A DNA stretch of 64,000 nucleotides, from contig CAVSGM010000002.1 in the NCBI GenBank assembly GCA_963727485.1, positions 1,056,001-1,120,000 of the forward strand, read 5' to 3'. Made by a program: the position numbers and the translations under genes. How positions within the stretch are numbered: the stretch's first letter is position 1; each line of letters opens with the position of its first letter. Shown here piece by piece: positions 12,688-22,562 of the stretch. The notes beneath the pieces were generated by a model, which saw only the letters and a list, made by a program, of their open reading frames with translations, had not been told where the DNA came from and did not search any database. Origin of the DNA: an uncultured delta proteobacterium (GTDB taxonomy: Bacteria > Myxococcota > Myxococcia > SLRQ01).

Positions 12688-13383
12688 ATGGCGCTCAAGT
12701 CGGACAAGAATGCCGCCTACGAGGCGCTGGTCGCCGAGCTCGACTCCGAGCTCAAGGGCCTGCAGGTCCGCTACGAGCAGTACTTCCTGGGGATGGAGCG
12801 CGCCGAGCCCGCCCGGGAGCGCGCCGCCCTGCGGGGGCGCCTCGAGGCCCTGAAGCGCGAGTACATCCGCAACACCGGTCTCAAGTTCCGCATCAGCTCC
12901 CTGTGGCAGAAGTTCCTCTCCTACGAGCGGATGTGGCAGCGCACCGTCACCGAGATCGAGGAGGGGCGCTACCACCGGGACGTGGCCAAGGCGCGGATGC
13001 GCCAGAAGGCCCGGGCCGAGCGCGAGGCCGCCGAGAAGGCCCGGGCGCCCGAGACCGGCGCCCCGGGTGCGGACGCCGCCGCCGGCGCCCCGTCCGCCGC
13101 CGCGGGTACCGCCGCCGCTGCCCCCTCCGCCGCCGCCCGGGCCGCCGCGCGGCGCCCCACCGCCGAGGGCCTCTCCGACGACAAGCTCGAGCGCCTCTAC
13201 CAGGCGTTCATCACCGCCAAGAAGCGGTGCAAGGAGGACACCTCCGGGCTCACCCTCGACGGAATGCGCAAGAGCCTCACCCGCCAGATCCCCCAGATCA
13301 AGGCGAAGCACAAGGCGTCGGCGGTGGACTTCAAGGTGGTGATCAAGGGCGGCAAGGCCGTCCTCAAGGCTGTGCCTCGCTAG
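12688..13383 (+). CDS. Myxobacterial conserved protein (MXAN_5187 C-terminal domain-like)
   Basis: YEQYFLG.ER.EP near the N-terminus and C-terminal VDFKVVIKGGKAVLKAVP. Confidence 0.7.
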   Translation: MALKSDKNAAYEALVAELDSELKGLQVRYEQYFLGMERAEPARERAALRGRLEALKREYIRNTGLKFRISSLWQKFLSYERMWQRTVTEIEEGRYHRDVAKARMRQKARAEREAAEKARAPETGAPGADAAAGAPSAAAGTAAAAPSAAARAAARRPTAEGLSDDKLERLYQAFITAKKRCKEDTSGLTLDGMRKSLTRQIPQIKAKHKASAVDFKVVIKGGKAVLKAVPR

Positions 13384-14300
13384 ACCCGTCGGGGAACACG
13401 AGCGAGGCGGTCACCGCCACGGCCAGCACCCCGCCGATGACCGCCAGGGAGATCTCCGGGGGCATCGGCCACGCGTCCTCGAGGAACATCTTCGCGGCCA
13501 CGAAGACCAGGATCACCCCCAGGCCCTTCTCCAGGAACCGGAGGCGGTCGAGGAGGCCCTGGAGCACCCCGAAGAGCGCCCGGAGCCCCACCACCGCGAA
13601 GATGTTGCTGGTGAACACGATGAACGGGTCCCGGGTGACGCCGAAGACCGCGGGGATGGAGTCCACGGCGAACAGGACGTCGGTCACCTCGAGCATCACC
13701 AGGACCAGGAGCAGCGGGGTGGCGAGGATGCGCCCCTCTTCCCGGACCAGGAACCGGCGCTCCCGGTAGCCGTCGGTCATGGGCACCACCCGGCGGAAGG
13801 CGCGCATCACCAGGCTGTGCTCCGGGTCGACCGACTCCTCTTCGCCGCCGAGCAAGAGCTTGCCGCCGCTCCAGAGGAGGATGGCGCCGAAGCCGTAGAA
13901 CACCCACTCGAAGCGGCTGGCGAGGGCGATCCCCGCGAAGATGAAGATCGCCCGGAGGGCCATGGCCCCGAGCACGCCCCAGTAGAGCACCCGGTGGCGC
14001 AGGCGCTCGGGGACCCGGAAGAAGCTGAAGAGCAGGAGGAAGACGAAGATGTTGTCGACCGAGAGGGCCTGCTCCACCAGGTAGCCGGTGAGGTACTCCA
14101 CCCCGGCCCGGTGCCCGGCGAAGATCCGAGATCCCGGCGCCAAACGCCAGCCCCAGGGCGATCCAGGCGGCGCTCCACCCGGCGGCCTCGCCGGCGGTCA
14201 GGGCCCGGTCCGAGGGGTGGGCCCAGAGGTCCACGACCAGGATCACCAGGACGAGGCCGAGGAAGACGGCCCAGGCAAGGGGGGAACCGATGGTGTGCAC
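13364..14300 (-). CDS. TerC/Alx family membrane protein (indel ~14130; true end possibly 13380)
   Basis: EYLTGYLVEQALSVDNIFVF, RVLYWGVLGAMALR, DVLFAVDSIPAVFGVT.DPFIVFTSNIFAVVGLRAL. Confidence 0.9.
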
Positions 14301-14428
14301 GGGGGGCTCGGGCGGGGGAGACGGGCCCCGGAGCCGGCGGGGCCGGGGCCTTGGGGGCAGCCTGCGTCACGCCCGGCGACGGAGCAAGGAATCCGGCGTC
14401 GAATCCCGGGGATCCGGGGGGGGGCCGC

Positions 14429-15052
14429 CTACGCCGCCCCGGTCTCGGGGCCCACGATCCCGGCGCTGATGATCACCCGCATCCCCTCGTCCACCGAGTA
14501 GGGCGTGGCGCGAAGCTCGGTCTCGGGGACCAGGATCAGCCAGCCGCTGGTGGGGTTGGGGGTGGTGGGGATGAAGACGTAGACCGACCCCGGCGGCGGC
14601 GGGAGGCCCGAGGGGACGTCGGCGGTGACGAAGCCCAGGGTCCACAGGCCCTTTCGGGGGAACTCCACGGCGACCACCTTGCGAAACGGCCGGCGGTCGC
14701 TCTGGAAGGCCTGGGAGACCTCCTTGGTGACCCGGTAGAGGCCCCGGACCAGCGGCACCCGGGTGACCGCCGCGTCCCACAGGTGGATGAGCCGCTTGCC
14801 GGCGACGTTGGAGGCGATGAGGCCGATGGCGTAGACCAGCAGCACGGTGGCCAGGATCCCCAGCCCCGGCACGTGGAAGCCCACCCACCGGGCGAGGAGC
14901 GGCCCGAGGAAGCCGTCGATGGCGCCGAAGAGGGCCCAGAGGACCCAGGCGGTGACCGCCACCGGGACCAGGAACACCAGGCCGGTGCCGAAGGTGCGCT
15001 TGAGGTGGCTGCTGACGGGGCCGGGGGTGCCGGGCGCGGGGGACGGGCTCAT
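14429..15052 (-). CDS. DUF502 family membrane protein
   Basis: TGLVFLVPVAVT, VAVEFPRKG, VFIPTTPNPTSGWL, IISAGIV. Confidence 0.88.
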   Translation of the reverse strand: MSPSPAPGTPGPVSSHLKRTFGTGLVFLVPVAVTAWVLWALFGAIDGFLGPLLARWVGFHVPGLGILATVLLVYAIGLIASNVAGKRLIHLWDAAVTRVPLVRGLYRVTKEVSQAFQSDRRPFRKVVAVEFPRKGLWTLGFVTADVPSGLPPPPGSVYVFIPTTPNPTSGWLILVPETELRATPYSVDEGMRVIISAGIVGPETGAA

Positions 15053-15126
15053 GGCCCGGGAGTGTAGTCCCCGGATCCCGGGGTGGGCTCGCCAAGTTTC
15101 GGGGCAGGGGCTAGTGTGCCCCTGCC

Positions 15127-16686
15127 ATGACCCAAGATCACGACGAGCTGGCCCTGACCCACGAGACGGCGCACCGGGCGCTGGTGGCGCGGATCTTCGA
15201 CCACCTGCGCGGGAAGGTGCGCTACGCGGACCTGGTCATCGAGGAGGTGACCAAGGTCGAGCTCAACCGCCTCCTCGGGGGCGAGGAGCTCCTCAAGCCG
15301 TTCACCTCCAAGGGCGCGTTGCAGCTGCGCCTGGTCGGCGACGAGGGGCGCAAGCTCGAGCTCTCGGTGGGGCTCCTGCCCTTCGAGGCCCTGGTCGAGC
15401 AGCTCGACTACGCGGTGGGGGCGCTGGCGCTCCAGGAGCCGGTGCCGGGCTTCGGGCTGGCCCCGGTCCCCAACCGCGCCCGGGTCCGCTACGGCCACCC
15501 GGTGCCCTTCGACCTGCGCTCCGGGGACGTGGGGCCCTACATGCGGGCGCTCCTCGACGACCTCGATCGCCTCGCCGCCGAGCAGGTGGCCACCGCGGCC
15601 ACCGCCTCCGGCGCCGACCCCGCGGACCTGCAGCTCGCCACCGAGGTGTGGTGCTACTACCAGGTCGAGGAGAAGCTGGTCGCCGACTCCGAGGGGCTGC
15701 TCAAGACCCAGATCCTCCCGAGCACCTTCCTCTCGATCACCGCCAAGGCCACCAACGCCAAGACCGGGCGGATGACCGAGCAGCGCGGGCGCATCGGCGA
15801 CATCCGGCCGCTGGACTGGCTCTTCGCCCCCGGGGGGCGGACGCTCCGGGGCGAGCACCGGGAGGTCTTGGGGGGCACCCTGCGCCGGGCCCTGGCCCTC
15901 CAGGGCGCCCGGACCCTCTCGGCCGAGGAGCTGGCGAAGGTCACCCACTTCGTCCTCGACTCCACGGCCATGGTCTTCGTCCACGAGGCCCAGGGGCACA
16001 ACTTCGAGGCGGACATCATCAAGGACGGGGGCTCGGGGCTGGTCAAGGCCGACGGCACCCCGGCGCGCGATCCCCTCGGCACCCCGGTGGTCGATCTCTA
16101 CGACGGGCCGGTGCGCAACCCCGACGGCACCTTCGAGACCGAGGCGGGCTTCGGCACCCACTTCATCGACGACGAGGGGGTGGAGGTCACGCCGGTGCAG
16201 CTGGTGAAGAACGGCCGCATCGTCTCCATGCTCCACTCCCGGGAGACGGCCCACCACTTCAAGACCGAGCCCAACGGCCGGGGCTTCTCCGAGCTCGGAG
16301 ACCCCAGGATCCCGCGGATGACCAACACCTACCTCTACCCCGCCGACGACGCGCCCTGGCACGACGACGTGGACGCGCTCTTCGAGGGCATCCCCTATGG
16401 CCTGTGGCTCGAGGGGTCCAAGGGCGGGGCGGTGAGCCGGGACGGGATGAGCACCTCCATCCAGTACGTCCGGGTGATCCGCGACGGGAAGCTGACGGGC
16501 GAGGTGCTGCTCCCGGCGAACCTCACGGTGCGCACCGTCACCGCCCTCGAGGGGGTGGAGGCCTTCGCCGGCCCCCTGAAGTGCGACGACCCGGGGTTCT
16601 GCGGCAAGGGGCAGACCAAGACGGTCACCGACGGCGGTCCCATCACCCGCATCCGGCGCACCGACGCCATCACCATCGGCTGGTAG
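15127..16686 (+). CDS. tldD: TldD family metalloprotease
   Basis: HEAQGHNFEAD (HExxGH), IDDEG, PRMTNTY, C-terminal CGKGQ. Confidence 0.85.
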   Translation: MTQDHDELALTHETAHRALVARIFDHLRGKVRYADLVIEEVTKVELNRLLGGEELLKPFTSKGALQLRLVGDEGRKLELSVGLLPFEALVEQLDYAVGALALQEPVPGFGLAPVPNRARVRYGHPVPFDLRSGDVGPYMRALLDDLDRLAAEQVATAATASGADPADLQLATEVWCYYQVEEKLVADSEGLLKTQILPSTFLSITAKATNAKTGRMTEQRGRIGDIRPLDWLFAPGGRTLRGEHREVLGGTLRRALALQGARTLSAEELAKVTHFVLDSTAMVFVHEAQGHNFEADIIKDGGSGLVKADGTPARDPLGTPVVDLYDGPVRNPDGTFETEAGFGTHFIDDEGVEVTPVQLVKNGRIVSMLHSRETAHHFKTEPNGRGFSELGDPRIPRMTNTYLYPADDAPWHDDVDALFEGIPYGLWLEGSKGGAVSRDGMSTSIQYVRVIRDGKLTGEVLLPANLTVRTVTALEGVEAFAGPLKCDDPGFCGKGQTKTVTDGGPITRIRRTDAITIGW

Positions 16687-16696
16687 GAGGCTTTCG

Positions 16697-18064
16697 ATGG
16701 AGGTCCTGACCCGCCTCGACGAGATCGCGCGGCAGATCGTGAAGCGCGGCCTCGAGGACGCGATCGACGTGGAGGTCCGCATCACCCGCCACGACGGCTA
16801 CGGCTACGAGATGCACGGCCGGGAGCTGGCGCCGAAGATGGCCCTGGGCCGGGTGCAGGTGGGCCTCCGGGCGCTCACCCACGAGGGGATGGCGCTGGCG
16901 GCGACCACCAGCCTCGACGTCGAGGAGAACCTGGCCGCCCTCCGGGCGTCGCTGAAGAGCGCCCGGCCCACGCCGCTCTCGGCCTTCGCCGGCGGCGCCT
17001 TCGACCCGGACGTCGAAGGCCACGACGAGGCCTGGGACGCGTTCGCCACCGGCCCCGCGGCCCTCAAGGATCTCGCCGCCGCCATGCGCGACGGGCTCTA
17101 CCGCGAGCACGGCGAGGACCCCCGCCTCGAGGCCGCCGAGGGCGAGGTGGGCTTCGGCACCACCTGGACCGCCATCGCCTCCAAGGGCGGGCACGCGGCC
17201 TTCAAGCGCACCTCGGGGCACGCCTACGCCCAGCTCAACGGCGGCCACTACGAGGTCCTCTACCTCGACCGGGCGCCGGGAACCGCCGAGCAGGAGAAGG
17301 TCGCGCACCTCGCCGCCCACACCTTCGAGGCGATGCCCGAGCGGATGGTGACCCCCTCGGAGTTCGGGCTCTCGGGGACGGTGCCGGCGATCTTCCACCC
17401 CCAGCTCACCGAGTCGATCCTGCGGATCGCCGCCCAGGAGAAGTTTTTGGGCTCGTCGAAGCGCACCGGGCTCTCCCGCTTCGAGGCGGGACAGCCCCTG
17501 TGGGACCCCAAGCTCACCCTCCTGGACACCGCGCGCGCCGGGGGGCTCGCCACCTCCCGGCCGGTGGACGACGAGCTGACCGCCACCGGGGAGACGCCGC
17601 TGATCGACGCCGGCGCCTTCGCGGGGCTGGTGTGGAGCCGGCGCTCCGCCGCCGAGGGCGAGACCGAGAGCACCGGCAACGGCTACCGCTCGCCGATGCT
17701 GGTCGAGGACCCCAACGAGGCCCCCGTGCGCGACCGGCTCTCGGGCCTGGTGATGGACGGCGGGGACACGCCGCTCGAGGCGCTCATCGGCACGGTGGAC
17801 CGTGGGATCTACGTCCACGCCTGCCTCGGCCTCCACGGCGCCGACAAGTCCCGGGCTGCCTTCTCCGCCGCGGTCTACGACGGCTTCGCGGTCGAGGACG
17901 GGAAGATCGTGGCGACGCTGACCCCCGGCTCGTGGAACGCCGCGGGCCTGGTGTTCCCCGAGGGCGAGAACAAGGGGATCTTCGGCGAGGTGACCGTGAG
18001 CCGGGACCGGGAGGTCACCGGGTCGGCGCGGCTCCCGTGGATCCTGGGGACCCTGTCGGTCTAG
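16697..18064 (+). CDS. pmbA: TldE/PmbA family protein
   Basis: Follows tldD with [26 protein letters not shown]; lacks HExxH, as expected for TldE. Confidence 0.75.
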   Translation: MEVLTRLDEIARQIVKRGLEDAIDVEVRITRHDGYGYEMHGRELAPKMALGRVQVGLRALTHEGMALAATTSLDVEENLAALRASLKSARPTPLSAFAGGAFDPDVEGHDEAWDAFATGPAALKDLAAAMRDGLYREHGEDPRLEAAEGEVGFGTTWTAIASKGGHAAFKRTSGHAYAQLNGGHYEVLYLDRAPGTAEQEKVAHLAAHTFEAMPERMVTPSEFGLSGTVPAIFHPQLTESILRIAAQEKFLGSSKRTGLSRFEAGQPLWDPKLTLLDTARAGGLATSRPVDDELTATGETPLIDAGAFAGLVWSRRSAAEGETESTGNGYRSPMLVEDPNEAPVRDRLSGLVMDGGDTPLEALIGTVDRGIYVHACLGLHGADKSRAAFSAAVYDGFAVEDGKIVATLTPGSWNAAGLVFPEGENKGIFGEVTVSRDREVTGSARLPWILGTLSV

Positions 18065-18080
18065 GGATCGGCCCCGGCGG

Positions 18081-18681
18081 TCACGCGGCCTCGGCGAGGC
18101 GGTAGCGCCAGGGGCGCCTCGCCCAGGCGCCGGCGTAGTCGACCCCGACCCGCGGCGAGGTGACGGTCCTGCCCCGGCGCCTCCCGGCGCCGTCCTCGAT
18201 CCACAGGTCCGACCGCGGATCGGTGAGGTCGACGCCGTTGTGGGTCTCCCGGCGGATGCCGAAGACCTTCGTCAGGCGCCCGGGGCCGATGGCGTTGGGG
18301 GCCGCGCCGTGCGCCCGCGCGTCCGCCCGCGTCGCTCCCCGCCGCCTCTCCGCCGACGGTCACCCGATCGACCCCCCGGAGGAGCACCGCGGCGGGGAAG
18401 CCGTCCTCGCCGGTGACCACGTTGAGGCAGTGGTGCATCCCGTAGATCAGGTACACGTAGGCGCGCCCCGGCGGCCCGAACATGATGCCCGCCCGGGGCG
18501 TCCGGCCGAAGCGGGCGTGGGAGGCCCGGTCGTCGGGGCCGTGGTAGGCCTCGGTCTCCACGATGCGCCCGCGGATCACCCGGCCGTCGCCCTGGCGGTG
18601 GCAGAGGGTCTTCCCCAACAGGTCCCGGGCGACCTTCCGGGTGTCCCGGGCGTAGAAGGCGTGGCCGAGGCGCACGCTCAC
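18081..18681 (-). CDS. mpg: DNA-3-methyladenine glycosylase, MPG/AAG family (indel ~18330)
   Basis: [39 protein letters not shown], then GPGRLTK...[11 protein letters not shown]...PWRY in the shifted frame. Confidence 0.92.
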
Positions 18682-20492
18682 GGCGCCCTCCCCTCGAGCC
18701 CGTAGCCGGCGGCGACCACCGCGTCCACCAGGCGCTCCCAGGCCACCGCCCGCGGCCCCTCGCCCGGGTGGGCGGTGCGCCAGCGGGCGAGGACGTCGAG
18801 GAGGGCGTGGCGCGCCGAGGGCGCGAGGCAGGCCGCGGGGATCGGGGCGCCGGGATCCCCCCTGCCGGCGCGGTCTGCGCGCCCCGCCTCGGCCAGGAAG
18901 CAGGCCGCGGCGCTCACCGCGGCGGCGAGGGCCCCCGGATCCGGCGTCACCGGGAACGGCGCCGGCACCGGCAGCGCCCGCACCTCGCCGAGCTTCACGT
19001 GGCTCCCCGGGTGGTGCAGCCCGTACCAGGCGCCGGTGGGCGCGGCGTTGAGCACCGCCAGCAGGTACCACGGCGAGCACGCGGGCCCGCCTGGCCCCTC
19101 GGCCTCGTGGAGCACGTGGACGGTGTCCAGGGGGATGTGGCCCGCGGTGTCCATGGCGGCGATGAGCCGGCCCCCGGCGGTCTCCCGGAGCAGCACCTTG
19201 AGGGGCCGCTCGAAGCTCTCGCGCTTGCGGGGCCGGGCGCCGTGGACGGTGCGCAGGACCTCGGGGCGGTAGTCGAGCCACCCGGCCGGTTGCACCCGGT
19301 ACCGGGACACCGTGCGGCCCCGGACGCAGGGTGCCCGGTGCGCCCCACCCCGCGCCTCGGCGACGAAACGGGCGTCGTCGGCGGTCTTCACCCCCAGGCT
19401 TTGGGTGCACAGGGTGCCCAGGGGGACGCCCGCCTCCGTCATGCGCTCGAGGCGGGCGAGGCGGGCCGGGTCGGTGGGGAGGGCCGCCGAGCGGGCGGCG
19501 CGGCGGGCGAGGACGGCGGGGTCGACCTCGGCGTGGGGACCCGGGCGACCCTCGGCGTCCAGGGTGCCCAGGCGCACCGGGCCCGCGACGCCCCGGCCGG
19601 CGACCACCACCACCGGGTGCACCGCGGCCCCGAAGGCCCGGCCGGTGACCCGGTGCACGGCGACGGCGCGGAACCCGTCGCCGCCCCCGTCCGCGCCCCC
19701 GGCGAAGAGGAGCCGGCGCAGCGGCGCGAAGCTCGACGTCCCCAAAAACGAGTCGGAGAGCACCAGGGCCACGCGCCCCCCGGGGGCGAGGTGATCCGCC
19801 GCCGCCTCCACGAAGAGGCCGTAGAGGTCGCACTTGTTCCGGAAGGTCCGGTACCGGGCCTTCAGCGCCCCCCGCTCGGCGTCCGGGAGGCGGACGATGT
19901 TCACGAACGGGGGGTTGCCCACGACCGCGTCGGCGGCGTCCACCGGCCAGGGGCCGAGGAGGGCGTCGCCGGCGACCAGGTGCCCCTCGGGGACCGGGTA
20001 GCCCTCGGCGGCGAGGATCGCCCGGCACACGGCCAGGGCCCCGGGGTCCCGGTCGACGCCGAAGAGGGCCGCGGCGGCGGCGCGGCGCGGATGCGGGTGG
20101 CCCCCGGCCCGGGCCCGGGCCTCGAGGCGGCGGGCGGCGGCGAGGAGGAACACGCCCCCACCGCACGCCGGGTCCACCACCCGGGGCAGGGGTCCGGCGG
20201 CGGCGGGCGGGTCCGGGAGCGCCGCCGCGACCAGCCAGGCGGCGAGCCTCGGGGGCGTGTAGAAGGCCCCGAGGCCCCGGCGGTGGGCGGCGGAGAGGAG
20301 GGCCTCGTAGAGGGGGCCCGCGGCCGCGGCCGACCCGGGCCCCCGGGTCGCGAGCCAGGCGAGGGTCACCGCGTCGGGGGCCTCGCCGGCGGCGACCCGG
20401 GCCCGGGCCGCGGCGAGCGCCGCCTCCGGGAGGGCACCGGGGGCGTCTGCGGCCGGGGCGGCGGGCTGGGGGGCGCGGGCAGGCGAGGACAT
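18678..20492 (-). CDS. N6-adenine DNA methyltransferase, gamma class (TaqI/Eco57I-like) with TaqI_C-like domain; no cognate REase nearby
   Basis: LGAFYTP (motif X), [12 protein letters not shown] (motif I), LFGVDRD, GDAL, VVGNPPF (motif IV), [23 protein letters not shown]. Confidence 0.85.
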   Translation of the reverse strand: MSSPARAPQPAAPAADAPGALPEAALAAARARVAAGEAPDAVTLAWLATRGPGSAAAAGPLYEALLSAAHRRGLGAFYTPPRLAAWLVAAALPDPPAAAGPLPRVVDPACGGGVFLLAAARRLEARARAGGHPHPRRAAAAALFGVDRDPGALAVCRAILAAEGYPVPEGHLVAGDALLGPWPVDAADAVVGNPPFVNIVRLPDAERGALKARYRTFRNKCDLYGLFVEAAADHLAPGGRVALVLSDSFLGTSSFAPLRRLLFAGGADGGGDGFRAVAVHRVTGRAFGAAVHPVVVVAGRGVAGPVRLGTLDAEGRPGPHAEVDPAVLARRAARSAALPTDPARLARLERMTEAGVPLGTLCTQSLGVKTADDARFVAEARGGAHRAPCVRGRTVSRYRVQPAGWLDYRPEVLRTVHGARPRKRESFERPLKVLLRETAGGRLIAAMDTAGHIPLDTVHVLHEAEGPGGPACSPWYLLAVLNAAPTGAWYGLHHPGSHVKLGEVRALPVPAPFPVTPDPGALAAAVSAAACFLAEAGRADRAGRGDPGAPIPAACLAPSARHALLDVLARWRTAHPGEGPRAVAWERLVDAVVAAGYGLEGRAP

Positions 20493-20603
20493 GGGGCTTC
20501 CAACCCCCTTCTACCGGATCGGGCCCTGGACGTCCCCGGGGAGGGTCCCCTATCCACCCGATTTTCCGTGGCCGGCCCGGCGCCGGCCGGGTCTTCCCGA
20601 TCG

Positions 20604-20894
20604 ATGACGCCGCACCCCGAAGCCCTTCCCGACGTTCCCCAATCCCCCGAGCCCGAGGCCGCCGTCCCCGCCGCCCGCCTGGTCCTCGACCCCCAGGGCC
20701 TCGCCTACGACCTGGTCGCGGACATCCCCGGCGGCCTGCGCATCTACCGCCGCGAGGCCGTGTACGCCCTGACCTACGCCCTGCCCGGCGGCGGGTGCAT
20801 CCTCCTCGCCGACCTCGACGCCGAGACCGCCCGGAAGCGGGTGGCCCGGTTCCTCGGCCGGGACCCGGGTCCCCTCTCGGACTGGCGGGGCTAG
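20604..20894 (+). CDS. Small hypothetical protein
   Basis: 96-aa ORF with host-like codon usage ([25 protein letters not shown]); stop shares CTAG with the convergent gene. Confidence 0.55.
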   Translation: MTPHPEALPDVPQSPEPEAAVPAARLVLDPQGLAYDLVADIPGGLRIYRREAVYALTYALPGGGCILLADLDAETARKRVARFLGRDPGPLSDWRG

Positions 20895-22039
20895 GCCCGG
20901 CGCCGGCGGCGGAGCCCGGCGAGGGCCACCGCGCCGAGGACCAGGACCGCGGCGTCGCCCGGGGACCCGCCCCCGGCGGCGGCACAGGCCCCGCACCCCG
21001 AAGGCTTCGGCGGCGGCACGCGGCCCGCAGGCTTCGGCGGCGGCGGGCGGCCCGTGTCCAGGGCGCGGCCGAGGGGGAAGCCCCGCTCGCCGGCGCCGGA
21101 GCCCGACCCCGCGGCGGCGCTCGGGCCGGCGCCGCCGCCCGGCGCTGCCCCCGGCGCCGCCACCTTGGGCGGCGGCAGGGTGAGGTCCCCGTCGAAGCGC
21201 ATCAGGGGCCGCAGGGGCCCGTTCACCGAGGGCGCGGCGAAGTCGCTGCGCACCGGCACCGCGAGGCCCACCTGCGCTTCGGCCCACCGCGCCAGGGCCT
21301 TGGAGACCGGCCCCCCGGGCGCCCGGGCGAGGCCCAGGGCGAAGTCCATGCCCCCGAGGTCGGGCAGCGGCCCGGTGGCGAGGACGGTGAGGTCGAGGGT
21401 GTGGGCCGGGAGCGCCTCGGCGAGGCGCAGGGGCACAAGCGGCCGCTTCGCCGGGAAGGCGAAGGCGACCGCGCCCACCCGCACCCGGCCCTCGGCCTCG
21501 GGGAGGGTGATCGCCGCGAAGCGCCACCCCCGGGAGGCGTAGTCGGCGAGCACCGCCCGGGGCACCCCCCGGAGCTTCTCCTTGGGCAGGAAGCCCACGT
21601 GCACCGGCTCGGCGAAGGTGACCTTCGGGGGCGCCACCCGGGCCAGGGCGATGGCCGGGACCCGGCCGGCGGCGCGGCCCCGGGGGCGGTTCCGGGGGGC
21701 GAGGGCCCGGCCCGCCGGGGTCCCCGGGCCCGCATCCGGGGCGTCTGCCGCCGCGGCGGCCGCCCCGGGCTTCGCGGGCCCCGCGCCCAGGGGCCACCCG
21801 GGGGGCACCGGCACGATCCGGGCCCCCGGCGGCAGGGGCACCACCAGGCGCCCGGCGCCGGAGACGTCCTCGACCACCGGCGACACCGCCAGGACCTCGT
21901 GCCCGTCCTTCCAGGCGAGGAGCGCCGAGAGGCGCAGGAGCCGCGCCCCCTCGACGCCGTAGGCGTGCGCCGCCGCGGGCACCACCAGGGCGGCGGCGAC
22001 GACGAGGGCCGCCAGGCGGAGGGGCGCAGGTTTCACCAT
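20891..22039 (-). CDS. Secreted DUF2330-like protein with MYXO-CTERM-like sorting tail
   Basis: Signal peptide ending [25 protein letters not shown]-terminal [25 protein letters not shown]. Confidence 0.65.
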   Translation of the reverse strand: MVKPAPLRLAALVVAAALVVPAAAHAYGVEGARLLRLSALLAWKDGHEVLAVSPVVEDVSGAGRLVVPLPPGARIVPVPPGWPLGAGPAKPGAAAAAADAPDAGPGTPAGRALAPRNRPRGRAAGRVPAIALARVAPPKVTFAEPVHVGFLPKEKLRGVPRAVLADYASRGWRFAAITLPEAEGRVRVGAVAFAFPAKRPLVPLRLAEALPAHTLDLTVLATGPLPDLGGMDFALGLARAPGGPVSKALARWAEAQVGLAVPVRSDFAAPSVNGPLRPLMRFDGDLTLPPPKVAAPGAAPGGGAGPSAAAGSGSGAGERGFPLGRALDTGRPPPPKPAGRVPPPKPSGCGACAAAGGGSPGDAAVLVLGAVALAGLRRRRRA

Positions 22040-22066
22040 CACGCCCGGTGGTGTAACACACGGGCC

Positions 22067-22522
22067 ATGCCCCTGGATCCCAACGTCGAGACCGCCATCC
22101 GGCAGTTCATGGAGCACGCGATCCCCTTCAACCAGCACGTGGGCCTCCGGGTGGTCCACCTGGAGGAGGGCTTCGCCCGCCTCGAGGTGCCGTTCCACGA
22201 CGCCCTCATCGGCGATCCCCTGCGGCCGGCGATCCACGGCGGGGTCCTCTCGACCCTCATCGACACCTGCGGCGGCGCCGCGGTGTTCACCCACTTCGAC
22301 GACCTCGGCGATCGCACCAGCACCGTGGACCTGCGGGTCGACTACCTGCGCCCCGGGGGCAAGGAGACCCTCATCGCCGAGGCCAACGTGGTCCGCATCG
22401 GCAACCGGGTGGCCGTGGTCGACGTGGTGGTCTTCCACGAAGGCGGCCGCGAGGCGCCGCTGGCCACCGGCAAGGCGGTCTACAACGTGCGCCGGGCACG
22501 CGACGCCCGGGGCGGCGAGTAG
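22067..22522 (+). CDS. PaaI-type hot-dog thioesterase
   Basis: IPFNQHVG, IHGGVLSTLIDTCGG, STVDLRVDYLRPG. Confidence 0.9.
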   Translation: MPLDPNVETAIRQFMEHAIPFNQHVGLRVVHLEEGFARLEVPFHDALIGDPLRPAIHGGVLSTLIDTCGGAAVFTHFDDLGDRTSTVDLRVDYLRPGGKETLIAEANVVRIGNRVAVVDVVVFHEGGREAPLATGKAVYNVRRARDARGGE

Positions 22523-22562
22523 CCAGCCCCGGGCGCCTTCGGGCCGTGGCCGGGCCCTGCGA

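Noticed and set aside
14301..14428. yybP-ykoY riboswitch upstream of the TerC/Alx gene
   Set aside because: The characteristic GGGGAGUAG...GAGACC elements are not visible on the minus strand.
15127..18064. TldDE as part of a RiPP cluster
   Set aside because: No precursor peptide, YcaO or other modifying enzymes are adjacent.
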